Below are positions 28,555 to 37,967 of a stretch of DNA of 64,000 nt, in pieces. Location: contig CAZJPW010000002.1 of the NCBI GenBank assembly GCA_964548405.1, positions 17 through 64,016 of the forward strand, written 5' to 3'. Under the pieces are notes generated by a model. That model was not told where the DNA came from, made no database searches, and saw only the letters and a program-made list of their open reading frames with translations. The translations under genes and the position numbers were made by a program. The DNA is from an uncultured Candidatus Saccharibacteria bacterium (GTDB lineage Bacteria; Patescibacteriota; Minisyncoccia; Portnoybacterales; UBA2143). How positions within the stretch are numbered: position 1 is the first letter of the stretch; each line of letters starts with the position of its first letter.

Positions 28555-29544
28555 CTAAAACAACTTTTGAGCCTCACGCCAAATAGAACTATTACCATGT
28601 TTTTCCCTAAGCCAGTACCACCATTCTGCGCCCCAAAGATAAGCTTCATCAAAACCAGTTTTGTAAGTATAGTCAATTATCCCATTAAACTTTCTTAAGA
28701 CCATTGTTTTAACTTGTTCTTCTAAAGGCGTTTCATAAGGCATCTTATGATTCCATGGTTCAGCCTGTAATTCAATGATTATTGTTCTTTCTATGCCAGT
28801 CAGCCATTTAACCAACTGAGCTCTTTTGTAATAAAACACGGGCGGAATAGGATACTGAACATGTCTATTTAAAGCATCGCTCCAGACAATCCGGTAAAGG
28901 GTCGTCCCAAAAACATCTGCCCTTCTAGCCGGCCGAGTCCAACTGCTTAATTCTCCACTAGCTGTTAATAAGACTGGCCGATCATCTAATTCCCTAACTA
29001 AATCGATTTCTTGCTGTAAAAAATCTTTATCTAATTTAGGACATTCACCAAAACCCATTAAAAATGGCTCATTTTCCACCTGCCACATCTCAATAGCTTG
29101 ATTATCTTTGTAACGTTCAACCGTTTGAGATATGACGACTAACAACTCTTCATGGTATTCTGAATTATCCAATTCCCTGGCCCAATCAGGAATATGGCAT
29201 TCAGGCCAGCGAGGCACTTTCTGCCCAACCACTAAAATTATTTCTACTCCTCTCTTGGCTGCTTCTTGAACCTGCCAATCTAAATCTTCAAAAGAATATT
29301 CATCCTTGGCCGGCTCAACCTTCTGCCAATATGCAACTAAACGCAGCTTTTTAACATTTAATTCATCTAAAATAGCAATATATGTTTCTTGCCAATCCAA
29401 TCCCATTTGTTCAGCGAAATACTGAGAAAAAGTAACGCCAAAATCAATCTTTTCAGCAACTGGAGCCGTACCAGTAAACATATATACAAAAAAGCCCCCC
29501 AAGAGAATAATCAAACCAATGATTGTATAAAGAATATATTTCAT
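28555..29544 (-). CDS. Membrane-anchored clan GH-A glycoside hydrolase (GH5-like)
   Basis: N-terminal TM anchor. WQVENEPF (NEP catalytic acid/base motif of the GH5 clan) and (beta/alpha)8-like spacing. Confidence 0.6.
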   Translation of the reverse strand: MKYILYTIIGLIILLGGFFVYMFTGTAPVAEKIDFGVTFSQYFAEQMGLDWQETYIAILDELNVKKLRLVAYWQKVEPAKDEYSFEDLDWQVQEAAKRGVEIILVVGQKVPRWPECHIPDWARELDNSEYHEELLVVISQTVERYKDNQAIEMWQVENEPFLMGFGECPKLDKDFLQQEIDLVRELDDRPVLLTASGELSSWTRPARRADVFGTTLYRIVWSDALNRHVQYPIPPVFYYKRAQLVKWLTGIERTIIIELQAEPWNHKMPYETPLEEQVKTMVLRKFNGIIDYTYKTGFDEAYLWGAEWWYWLREKHGNSSIWREAQKLF

Positions 29545-29546
29545 AT

Positions 29547-30461
29547 TTAAAAAGCTAAAATTCCTAAACCTAGAATAATAAATGCAATTGACACAACTTT
29601 TTGTAAAATTGCGCTTTGATTAACCTGCTCTTTAATAATCCGAGGAAACTTCTTAGACAGAAACAAAGCCACCACTAAAAGAAAAATATACTGGACCCCC
29701 TGTAAGGCATTAACTAAAGTAACACTACCTAAAAAAATTGCATAGTTGAGTAAAATGAAAGACAAACCAGACAACCCCTTATTAACCACCGCCAATCCGC
29801 CTGTCCTTAATTTAACCTTACTTGAAGTCTTCATAATAGCCCGGCGGCTAATCGGGAAAATAAATAGAAAGATAGCTCCGACAACTCCGCCCAAACGAAT
29901 CCAAATAAAGCCATTAATAAAAGGTTGATAAGAATAAATATATTTAGTTAAAACATATGATCCAGTAAAAAACAAAGCAGCCACTATAGCCAAAGGCAAT
30001 CTCTTAACCAAAGGTGTTTTAACTAAGCCAGAAACCAGCCTGATCTGTTTTCTAGGCCAGGCCATAATTACTCCACCAAGAACAAGCAAACAAAAAGCAA
30101 TCATCTGATTAAGCGCTAACCGCTCGCCTAAAAAGAAATATGTCAGAATAAAGGTAAAAAGAGGAACTAATCCTCCAATAACCGGAGTAATCCTAGAAAC
30201 TTCGCCTAATTGGACTGATTTATAAAAGAAGAAGATAGCCAGAACAAAAGCATTACCAGCTACAAAACTAACTATCATTTGATCTATTGGTAAAACACTA
30301 AAACCAAAAGGAAACAACAGAATAGCTAAACCGCCAAGAAGACCCACATAAAAAGCATAAGCAGCCGGCTTAAGACGAGTATGTGAAAATAAATACTTGT
30401 CTACTATAAAAACCAGGGCAAAAATAAAATGAGCAATAATTGCAATTAAAAGCCAACTCAT
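29547..30461 (-). CDS. Polytopic membrane protein, DMT/EamA-like transporter
   Basis: About 10 hydrophobic helices with a two-repeat arrangement. Sits between the two glycosidase genes. Confidence 0.55.
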   Translation of the reverse strand: MSWLLIAIIAHFIFALVFIVDKYLFSHTRLKPAAYAFYVGLLGGLAILLFPFGFSVLPIDQMIVSFVAGNAFVLAIFFFYKSVQLGEVSRITPVIGGLVPLFTFILTYFFLGERLALNQMIAFCLLVLGGVIMAWPRKQIRLVSGLVKTPLVKRLPLAIVAALFFTGSYVLTKYIYSYQPFINGFIWIRLGGVVGAIFLFIFPISRRAIMKTSSKVKLRTGGLAVVNKGLSGLSFILLNYAIFLGSVTLVNALQGVQYIFLLVVALFLSKKFPRIIKEQVNQSAILQKVVSIAFIILGLGILAF

Positions 30462-31654
30462 AATCTATTCTCCTTACAAATTTTAGCGTATTCAAAAGCA
30501 CTAGGCCTAATCTTACGCTTAAATGTTTTAAAATCTATTTCAACCAAACCAAACTTAGGCCAATACCCCTTATCCCATTCAAAAAAATCAGTCAAACCCC
30601 AATAAATATATCCTCTAACATCCACTCTTTCCTCTATTGCCTTATGAATCCAAGTTAAATGATCCCTGATAAACTTAATTCTTTTTTCATCATCCCTATC
30701 CGCTATACCGTTTTCTGTAATATAGATAGGTTTGTTGTATTTTTTTAAATCTTTTAAAACATGGTATATGCCTTCTGGATATATTTCCCAACCCATATCA
30801 GTAACAGATTCATTTCTATTCTTCGGCAGCCGATGGTGAAAATAATAATTAAGACCGATAAAATCTTGATACTTCCTAATCTTTCTTAAAAAATGATTAT
30901 TCCAGAAAAAATTAGCCAGAGGGAAACTCTCAAAATAGACATTATGCTTAGCAATTCCCACCTGGCAGCCCAGATCAACTAACTTTAATGACGCATAAGC
31001 CAATTTATGAGCTTTAGCCAAATTATTAATAACCTTTAAATACTTAAAAATCCCTTTTTTCTGAGGAGGCCAAACACCTCTAAAAAACGAATTGAAAGAA
31101 TATATATTAGGTTCATTAATAGTTATCCAAAAATTAACATAATCAAATAAATTCTCGCCTATTATCTTAACATAACGGTCAAAATATTTTGGGAATTCAG
31201 GACAAAGTGAACCGTCTTTTTTAGCCAGCCAATTAGGCAGAGGCCAATGGTATAAAGTAACAAAAGGTTCTAATCCTCTTTTTCTCAAAGCAGCCAAAAC
31301 TTTTCTGTAATGCTCAATTTCCTTTTGATCTATTTTACCTTCCTTAGGTTCAATCCTAGACCACTCAATGGAAAGACGATGGGCATTATGATTCAACTTC
31401 TTAGCAATATCAAAATCCTCTTCAAAACGATGGTAATGATCGCAAGCCCGGCCAGAGATATAGTTCCGGGACTGAGACATTTCTGGAAATTGTTCCTGCT
31501 GCCATTCTTGCCAACGATTCCTAGCCTGACTGGCTAAATCTTGAGCATTACCTTTTTCCCATTCTGACCAATCATTAACATTCCCACCTTCCACTTGATG
31601 GGCTGAAGTACCTGCTCCCCAATAAAATTTTTTTGGAAACCTCATTTCTGACAT
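30458..31654 (-). CDS. Glycoside hydrolase family 1 beta-glucosidase
   Basis: N-terminal GH1 signature FPKKFYWGAGTSAHQVEGG, catalytic NEP (acid/base) and ITENG (nucleophile). Confidence 0.85.
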   Translation of the reverse strand: MSEMRFPKKFYWGAGTSAHQVEGGNVNDWSEWEKGNAQDLASQARNRWQEWQQEQFPEMSQSRNYISGRACDHYHRFEEDFDIAKKLNHNAHRLSIEWSRIEPKEGKIDQKEIEHYRKVLAALRKRGLEPFVTLYHWPLPNWLAKKDGSLCPEFPKYFDRYVKIIGENLFDYVNFWITINEPNIYSFNSFFRGVWPPQKKGIFKYLKVINNLAKAHKLAYASLKLVDLGCQVGIAKHNVYFESFPLANFFWNNHFLRKIRKYQDFIGLNYYFHHRLPKNRNESVTDMGWEIYPEGIYHVLKDLKKYNKPIYITENGIADRDDEKRIKFIRDHLTWIHKAIEERVDVRGYIYWGLTDFFEWDKGYWPKFGLVEIDFKTFKRKIRPSAFEYAKICKENRL

Positions 31655-32457
31655 TTAGAACAAAAGTGAGCCGAACGGCTACCCATTTTAATTCTTTTAA
31701 CTTTAGACTTACATTTAAAACACGGTTTGTTTTCGCGTTGATAAACTTTAATTAAAGGCACGAAATTGCCTTTTTGACCGTTAGCATCAAAGTAATCCCT
31801 ATTAGAGCTGCCTTTTTTCTTAATGGCTAAAGTTAAAACTCTTTTAATTTCTAAATAGATTCTTTTAACTTCAATCGGCTTCAATGTTTCAACTTTTCTC
31901 AAAGGCAGAACTTTGGCATAAAATAGGATTTCATCAGAGTAAATATTACCTATCCCAGCAATAAATTTAGGATCCATTAATAAAAGCTTAATTTTACTCT
32001 TTTTTCTCTTATTCAATAACTCTTTAAATAGTTTTAAAGTAAATTCTTTACTTAAGGGCTCAGGTCCAAATTTTTCTTTTTCAAAAAAATCATTTAATTC
32101 TTCTTTAGGAGTCACTTTAACAAAACCAAACTGGCGCAAATCATTATGAATTAAACAGCTTCCATCAATGAAATAATAAATTAAGTGAGTGTGCTTATTG
32201 GCTTGGCCATTAAAGATCAATTGGCCGGTTAATTTCAAGTGAATGATTAAATAATAGTTATTAGATAATTCAATTACCAATAACTTAGCCCTCCGTTCAA
32301 TGTTTTTAATTTTAGTTCCAGTAACTAATTTCTTGAATTTCTCCAAAGGATACTTAATAAACTTTTTCAACCGAACTTCTACTTTCTTAATCTTCTTACC
32401 TCTAATCCTTAGATTTAACTGTCTTTTAATTGTTTCTACCTCGGGTAATTCAGGCAT
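31642..32457 (-). CDS. fpg: Formamidopyrimidine-DNA glycosylase (Fpg/Nei family)
   Basis: N-terminal MPELPEVE (catalytic Pro2/Glu3) and a C-terminal zinc finger CFKC...CSKC. Confidence 0.8.
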   Translation of the reverse strand: MPELPEVETIKRQLNLRIRGKKIKKVEVRLKKFIKYPLEKFKKLVTGTKIKNIERRAKLLVIELSNNYYLIIHLKLTGQLIFNGQANKHTHLIYYFIDGSCLIHNDLRQFGFVKVTPKEELNDFFEKEKFGPEPLSKEFTLKLFKELLNKRKKSKIKLLLMDPKFIAGIGNIYSDEILFYAKVLPLRKVETLKPIEVKRIYLEIKRVLTLAIKKKGSSNRDYFDANGQKGNFVPLIKVYQRENKPCFKCKSKVKRIKMGSRSAHFCSKCQK

Positions 32458-32459
32458 AA

Positions 32460-33512
32460 TTATCTAGGTGGTTCTTCGTATTGAGTGCTGACCAAAACAT
32501 CCTCCAAGGCATCGATATCTTCTAAAACTATACCTGTACCCCTTACCACAGCTGTTAAAGGATCTTCAACTAATTTCACAGGCATTTCAGTCTGTTCAGT
32601 TACTAATTGGTCCAAACCACGCAGTAAACCTCCACCCCCTACTAAAAAGATACCTCGCTGCATAATATCAGCCACTAATTCAGGCGGAGTTTCTTCAATT
32701 GTCCCTTTAATCGAATTGATCAAAGCCTTAACTGATCGATTTAAAGCCTTACGAATTTGAGAATCATCAACTGTCACCTCTTTAGGTAGGCCAGTAACAA
32801 TATCACGTCCACGCATAGTTGTCTCTATCTTATCATTTAAAGGGTAAGCTGAACCTACAGCTAATTTAATATCTTCAGCTGTTTTCTCACCCAAAAGAAG
32901 ATTAAATTCCTCCCTAGCATAATGAATAATATCTTCATTAAGTCTATCACCAGCAACACGCAAGCTTTTAGACACAACAATGCCGCCTAAAGAAATAATG
33001 GCCACTTCAGTGGTTCCTCCACCAATATCGACAATCATATTACCAGCTGCTTCTTGAACCGGCATTCTAATACCTATAGCCGCAGCCATAGGTTCTTCAA
33101 TTAAATATACTTCCCGAGCCCCAGCACTCCTAGTAGCGTCTTCTACTGCTCTTTTTTCCACCTCAGTCACTCCTGACGGAATACCGACCACTACTCGAGG
33201 TCGAGGCAGAATAGAAAAACTTTCTCGATGAACCTTATCGATAAAAAACTTAAGCATTTGCTCAGTTACCTCAAAATCAGAAACAACACCAGCCACCAAA
33301 GGACGAGAAGCCACAATATGAGCCGGAGTCCGACCAACCATTTTCTTAGCTTCTTGACCAATAGCCAAAATCTGACCTGTTTTCTGATTAATAGCCACCA
33401 CAGACGGCTCATTAATAACAATACCCCTCCCTTTAACATAGACTAAAGTATTTGCTGTACCCAAATCTATGCCAATATCTTTAGAAAAAACACCAAACAG
33501 CTTATTAAGCAT
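32460..33512 (-). CDS. mreB: Rod-shape-determining actin homologue MreB
   Basis: DIGIDLGTANTLVYV phosphate-1 motif and conserved MreB blocks (DIGGGTTE, GGG...LL). Confidence 0.9.
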   Translation of the reverse strand: MLNKLFGVFSKDIGIDLGTANTLVYVKGRGIVINEPSVVAINQKTGQILAIGQEAKKMVGRTPAHIVASRPLVAGVVSDFEVTEQMLKFFIDKVHRESFSILPRPRVVVGIPSGVTEVEKRAVEDATRSAGAREVYLIEEPMAAAIGIRMPVQEAAGNMIVDIGGGTTEVAIISLGGIVVSKSLRVAGDRLNEDIIHYAREEFNLLLGEKTAEDIKLAVGSAYPLNDKIETTMRGRDIVTGLPKEVTVDDSQIRKALNRSVKALINSIKGTIEETPPELVADIMQRGIFLVGGGGLLRGLDQLVTEQTEMPVKLVEDPLTAVVRGTGIVLEDIDALEDVLVSTQYEEPPR

Positions 33513-33518
33513 AAAAAA

Positions 33519-34973
33519 TTAATACGCCTTAGCGAAAATAACTCTTTGATTCGACTCTCCTCCACAAAAAATACACTTCCCTTTTTCTTTTTTCTGATCA
33601 AAAGGAATACAACGAATAGTTGCCTTTGTTTCTTCTTTAATCTTAGCCTCACACTTCTCGTTATTACACCAATAAGCTTCAATAAATCCACCTTTACCTT
33701 TAATTATCTTCTTAAATTCATCCCAATCATTAACCCTATAAGTATTTTCTTTTTGAAACTTCTTGGCCTTATTAAACATTTTATCTTGAATATCATATAA
33801 TACTTTATTAATAAATTTTACATTTATCTTTTCTTCATCCATTACAGCCTTATTATCCGTATCTCTTCTAATAACAAGAATATTCTTATCTTTAACTTCA
33901 GCTGGACCTATTTCTAATCTAATTGGAACACCTTTCTTCTCCCATTCAAAAAACTTAGGACCTGGACGCATATCTCTCTTATCCACTTTAACTCTAATAT
34001 CTTTATTAATCTTATTCGCTATTTCATCAGCTTTCCCTATAACTTGATCCTTCTCTTCATCTGAATTCCAAATAGGAATAATTACAACTTGAGTCGGCGC
34101 TATTTCAGGAGGCAAAACTAAACCCTGATCATCACTATGAGCCATAATCAGAGCGCCGATGATTCGAGTACTTAATCCCCAACTGGTCTGCCAAGGAGTG
34201 TGTTTTTTCTCATCTTTGCCCAAAAACTCAATATTAAAAGCCTTAGCAAAACTTTGACCAAGCATATGGGAAGTTCCTGACTGCAAAGCTTTCTTGTCCT
34301 GCATCATTGCTTCAATAGTATAAGTACGATCAGCCCCAGCAAACCTTTCTGATTCAGATTTAATCCCAGAAATCACTGGAATAGCTAAATATCTTTCTAC
34401 TAAATTCTGATAAACATCTAACATTTGTTTAGTTCTCTTTTCGGCCCCCTTTTCAGTCTCATGAACTGTATGCCCCTCTTGCCATAAGAATTCTGTAGTC
34501 CTTAAAAATAAACGAGGACGCATTTCCCAACGGACTATATTAGCCCATTGATTAATCAATAAAGGTAAATCGCGATAGGAATTAATCCATTTTGAAAAGG
34601 CATCATACATGATTGTTTCTGAAGTCGGCCGGACAACTAATGGTTCATCTAGTTTTTTACCCCCTGCATGAGTAACCACTGCGCATTCCGGTGAAAATCC
34701 CTCTACATGTTCAGCTTCTTTAGATAAAAAACTCTGCGGGATAAAAAGAGGAAAATATGCATTTTCTACCCCAGTCTCCTTTATCTTTCCATCTAAAACT
34801 TTTTGGATATTTTCCCAAATAGCGTAACCATAAGGCTTAATTATCATACAGCCTTTGACTGACGAATGTTCAGCCAGGTCAGCCGCTGAAATCACATCCA
34901 AATACCATTGTGAATAATCTTTTTCACGACTGGTAATCTTTTTTTCTTTAAATTTTTCTTCTTTGTTTTTCAT
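33519..34973 (-). CDS. proS: Prolyl-tRNA synthetase, archaeal/eukaryote-like class II form
   Basis: Class II motifs, no bacterial insertion domain, and a C-terminal zinc-binding extension (CxxC...CxxC, ends ...VIFAKAY). The start is chosen at the internal ATG (MKNKEEKF); the track ORF begins 20 codons earlier. Confidence 0.8.
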   Translation of the reverse strand: MKNKEEKFKEKKITSREKDYSQWYLDVISAADLAEHSSVKGCMIIKPYGYAIWENIQKVLDGKIKETGVENAYFPLFIPQSFLSKEAEHVEGFSPECAVVTHAGGKKLDEPLVVRPTSETIMYDAFSKWINSYRDLPLLINQWANIVRWEMRPRLFLRTTEFLWQEGHTVHETEKGAEKRTKQMLDVYQNLVERYLAIPVISGIKSESERFAGADRTYTIEAMMQDKKALQSGTSHMLGQSFAKAFNIEFLGKDEKKHTPWQTSWGLSTRIIGALIMAHSDDQGLVLPPEIAPTQVVIIPIWNSDEEKDQVIGKADEIANKINKDIRVKVDKRDMRPGPKFFEWEKKGVPIRLEIGPAEVKDKNILVIRRDTDNKAVMDEEKINVKFINKVLYDIQDKMFNKAKKFQKENTYRVNDWDEFKKIIKGKGGFIEAYWCNNEKCEAKIKEETKATIRCIPFDQKKEKGKCIFCGGESNQRVIFAKAY

Positions 34974-35223
34974 ATACATTAATCTTATCATAAAAAAAAT
35001 AGAGGAGCAATATATATAAAGACTCCGGTCCAACGATGGCCCGGAGTCGATTTCGTAGCGTTTCTAAGATTACAGTTTTCCTGCAATTTCTTCTTCAATC
35101 GCCTTCACTGTCGGTTCAATATTTTTAAGACAGTGTTGACTGAAGGGAGTTATATTGACACTCCCTCCTGTGCCCCCATCTTTACGACGGAACCCACGAA
35201 CATGGGTTAAAGAATTAAAAAAA

Positions 35224-35245
35224 GAATAACACCTATACGTTATTC
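35224..35245 (-). terminator. Intrinsic terminator after rseP (GAATAAC...GTTATTC stem plus U7)
   Basis: On the minus strand: GAATAACGTATAGGTGTTATTC followed by TTTTTTTAATTC. It lies 29 nt after the rseP stop. Confidence 0.65.
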
Positions 35246-35273
35246 TGTCAAATACATCCAGAGTAAATACTGC

Positions 35274-36356
35274 TTAAAATATCCTTACAATATCACGCCA
35301 AGTGACGGCGATCATTAATAGAATTAAGATAACAAAACCAGTCGCATGAGCAATACCTTCAATTTTTTGACTAACAGGCGAACCTTTAAATTTTTCAATA
35401 CCCAAGAAAAGCAATCGGCCGCCATCTAAAGCAGGAAACGGCAAAGCATTAATAATAGCTAGGTTAATATTTAAAATGGCAGTGAATTGGAGGATATATA
35501 TAAAGCCTAATCTAGTGGCTTGACCAGCCAAGTCATAAATACCAACTGGCCCCGCTATTTCCAGAGTTAATCTCCCTGTAGTTGCAAGCTGCCAAAGAAT
35601 TGATGCCAAAGCGACTGTAATAAACCAAGTCAACCTAACCGTATCAATAATTCCTTCAATAAAAGCTTTGTACCAAGGAAGTGAAACAACAGCTGTTCTA
35701 GCCAAAGCTAATCCTAGAGGACCTTCGTCTTCAGAATGATAAATCCTAGGCACCATTTCTTTTTCCAAAACTTGACCACCTCTTTCAATAACTACTGTAA
35801 TCTTATCTCCCTTATGTTGATCAGTAAACTCCTGAACCTGACTAACTTTTGTAATTTGTAATTTGTAATCTGTAGTTTGTAATTCCTTAATAGTATCACC
35901 CATCTTAATATCCGCTTCTTCAGCTGGTGAGTCAAAATCAACCTGGACAATCTGTATCTTTGCGTTTTCTGCAATCTCATCGTCTTCAATAATATTAGGC
36001 AATCCAATCCAATGGCCTATTCCTAAAAGAAAAGCGGATAAAATAAGGTTCATAGTCACCCCAGCTATAATAATCTTAGCCCGGGTGCTAATCGGCTTAT
36101 TGTAAAAAGCCCGACCCTTATCAAGATCATCTTTCTTTTGACCGTCTTCGCCATGAATTTTGACGAAACCACCCAAAGGAAAAAGATTTAAAGAATAGAT
36201 TGTCTCGCCCCGCTTGATTTTAACAATCCGAGGAGGAAAACCAAAACCAAACTCATCAACCCTAACACCAGCCCTTTTAGCCGTAATAAAATGACCAAGT
36301 TCATGAACTAAAACAATCAAACCAAGAATTAAAATAAATACAATTACAGTTAGCAT
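35274..36356 (-). CDS. rseP: RIP zinc metalloprotease RseP (site-2 protease) with PDZ domain
   Basis: HELGHF (HExxH) in the first TM region, a PDZ-like central part and a C-terminal LDGG motif. Confidence 0.85.
   Translation of the reverse strand: MLTVIVFILILGLIVLVHELGHFITAKRAGVRVDEFGFGFPPRIVKIKRGETIYSLNLFPLGGFVKIHGEDGQKKDDLDKGRAFYNKPISTRAKIIIAGVTMNLILSAFLLGIGHWIGLPNIIEDDEIAENAKIQIVQVDFDSPAEEADIKMGDTIKELQTTDYKLQITKVSQVQEFTDQHKGDKITVVIERGGQVLEKEMVPRIYHSEDEGPLGLALARTAVVSLPWYKAFIEGIIDTVRLTWFITVALASILWQLATTGRLTLEIAGPVGIYDLAGQATRLGFIYILQFTAILNINLAIINALPFPALDGGRLLFLGIEKFKGSPVSQKIEGIAHATGFVILILLMIAVTWRDIVRIF
35848..35882. repeat. Heptanucleotide microsatellite (TTTGTAA)x5, one copy degenerate, inside the rseP PDZ-coding region
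   Basis: Read directly: tttgtaa tttgtaa tttgtaa tctgtag tttgtaa. The unit length is not a multiple of 3. Confidence 0.7.
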
Positions 36357-36357
36357 A

Positions 36358-36915
36358 TTAGACAGTCATTATTTCCTCTTCTTTCTTCTTTCTCATATCC
36401 TCTACCTTCTTATTATACTCATCAATTATCTTCTGCAATTCGTCCTTAGCCTTGAATTTATCATCTTCGCTAATTTCCTTAGCTTGTTCTAAAGATTGAA
36501 TTTCCCGCCAAACATCTTCTCGGTTGCGCCTAATACTAATCCGACATTCCTCCACTTTTTCTTGTAAAATTTTAGCTATTTCCTTCCTTCTTTCCTCGCT
36601 TAAAGGAGGGATTGTTAAACGGATAACATCATCATCCACAATCGGACTTAATTTAAGGTTTGAATTCCTGACAGCTGACTCAATTTTCTTAATAATTTCC
36701 TTGTCCCAGGGCCGAATTACAATAACCCTTGGTTCTGGAGTTTGAATAGCAGCCAAATCCTTCAAAGGCATCTTTTGTTCATATGCTTCCACTTCCAAAT
36801 TTTCCAATAAACTTGGTGTGGCTCGGCCGACTTGTAAACCAGTTAATTCATTCTTAAGATACTCGACTGTCTTATCTAATTGAGGTTTAATTTTATTAAT
36901 AATTTCTTTGTACAT
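36358..36915 (-). CDS. frr: Ribosome recycling factor
   Basis: 185 aa with typical RRF N-terminus and conserved blocks (PEPRVIVIRPWD, RNREDV). Confidence 0.9.
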   Translation of the reverse strand: MYKEIINKIKPQLDKTVEYLKNELTGLQVGRATPSLLENLEVEAYEQKMPLKDLAAIQTPEPRVIVIRPWDKEIIKKIESAVRNSNLKLSPIVDDDVIRLTIPPLSEERRKEIAKILQEKVEECRISIRRNREDVWREIQSLEQAKEISEDDKFKAKDELQKIIDEYNKKVEDMRKKKEEEIMTV

Positions 36916-36917
36916 AT

Positions 36918-37967
36918 TTATTGATGCATCCCTACAAAGACCACTCCTAATTTATGAGGATTAACAACTATCGTTTTAATATTACGGTCACTCTCTAATT
37001 CATGGACTGTCCAATTAACTCCTTGATCCAAGCTACGATACAGTATTGACCCGGCACCATAATAGAGGTGATCTGTATTTTGCGATTCAACAGCCAAACT
37101 TAAAACAGGTTTTGATTCCGGAGGCATGATAATAGCTACTTCTTGCCAAGTTTGACCGCTATTCTTTGAAGTTAATAACCCGTATTCAGATCCGGCATAA
37201 AGAATACTTGGTCTTTGTGAATCAATTATTAAATTCTCTACCCTTTCAGCCTGACTAAATCCTTCTAATGCTTTTTTAAATGACCGCCAATTTTTTCCCT
37301 TATCACCACTTCTGTAAATACCCTCTTCAAAAGTACTAACGTACACCTGTCGGGTATTCTTAGGATTAATGGCAATATCGGAAATAACGTCATCAAACCA
37401 TTTCATTATCTCCCAAGACTTACCATAATCAATACTCTTTAAAAAACCTCCTTGAGCTGTACCTATATATACTATAGAAGAATCATAACTATCAATCGCT
37501 ACGGCAAAAACCGCATATTTTTCCTCAGAAACTACGTAAACTTCTTCCCATGACCCTCCTCCATCCTGACTCCGGAAAACCCTACCTTTCTTATCCTGAT
37601 AAGTACCAATATATACTCGATTAGAATCCTTGGGATCAACCGCAATATCATAAACATTAGCCCGATTAGAAAGTATTCCATTTTGATCCTCTAGCTTATA
37701 CCAATGTTCTCCTTGGCAACAACTTTTGTAAATACCGTTAACTCGCGTACCAGCATAAAGAATATCCGAATTACTAGGATCAATCACCATACTTAAAATA
37801 TCTAAAGAAGCTAAAGAAACTTCATCTTTAACCGTTAGCTGTTCCCAAACTTCACCCATATCACTAGATTTATAAATTCCGCCATCCTTAGTTATCCTAT
37901 TGCAATCAAAAGGGAAAATCGCCAAAAAAGCAAATACCGGAATAACGACTAAAAATGATTTTCTCAT
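36918..37967 (-). CDS. Secreted BNR/Asp-box-repeat beta-propeller protein
   Basis: Signal peptide. Repeated SxDxGxTW-like Asp-box motifs (SSDMGEVW, SQDGGGSW, SIDYGKSW, SGDKGKNW, SKNSGQTW, SLDQGVNW). Confidence 0.55.
   Translation of the reverse strand: MRKSFLVVIPVFAFLAIFPFDCNRITKDGGIYKSSDMGEVWEQLTVKDEVSLASLDILSMVIDPSNSDILYAGTRVNGIYKSCCQGEHWYKLEDQNGILSNRANVYDIAVDPKDSNRVYIGTYQDKKGRVFRSQDGGGSWEEVYVVSEEKYAVFAVAIDSYDSSIVYIGTAQGGFLKSIDYGKSWEIMKWFDDVISDIAINPKNTRQVYVSTFEEGIYRSGDKGKNWRSFKKALEGFSQAERVENLIIDSQRPSILYAGSEYGLLTSKNSGQTWQEVAIIMPPESKPVLSLAVESQNTDHLYYGAGSILYRSLDQGVNWTVHELESDRNIKTIVVNPHKLGVVFVGMHQ

Noticed and set aside
35034-35273. Possible tRNA gene in the GC-rich rseP-proS spacer
   Set aside because: No cloverleaf could be built. 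The T-arm-like GTTCG segment lacks a correctly spaced acceptor stem, D-arm and anticodon arm.
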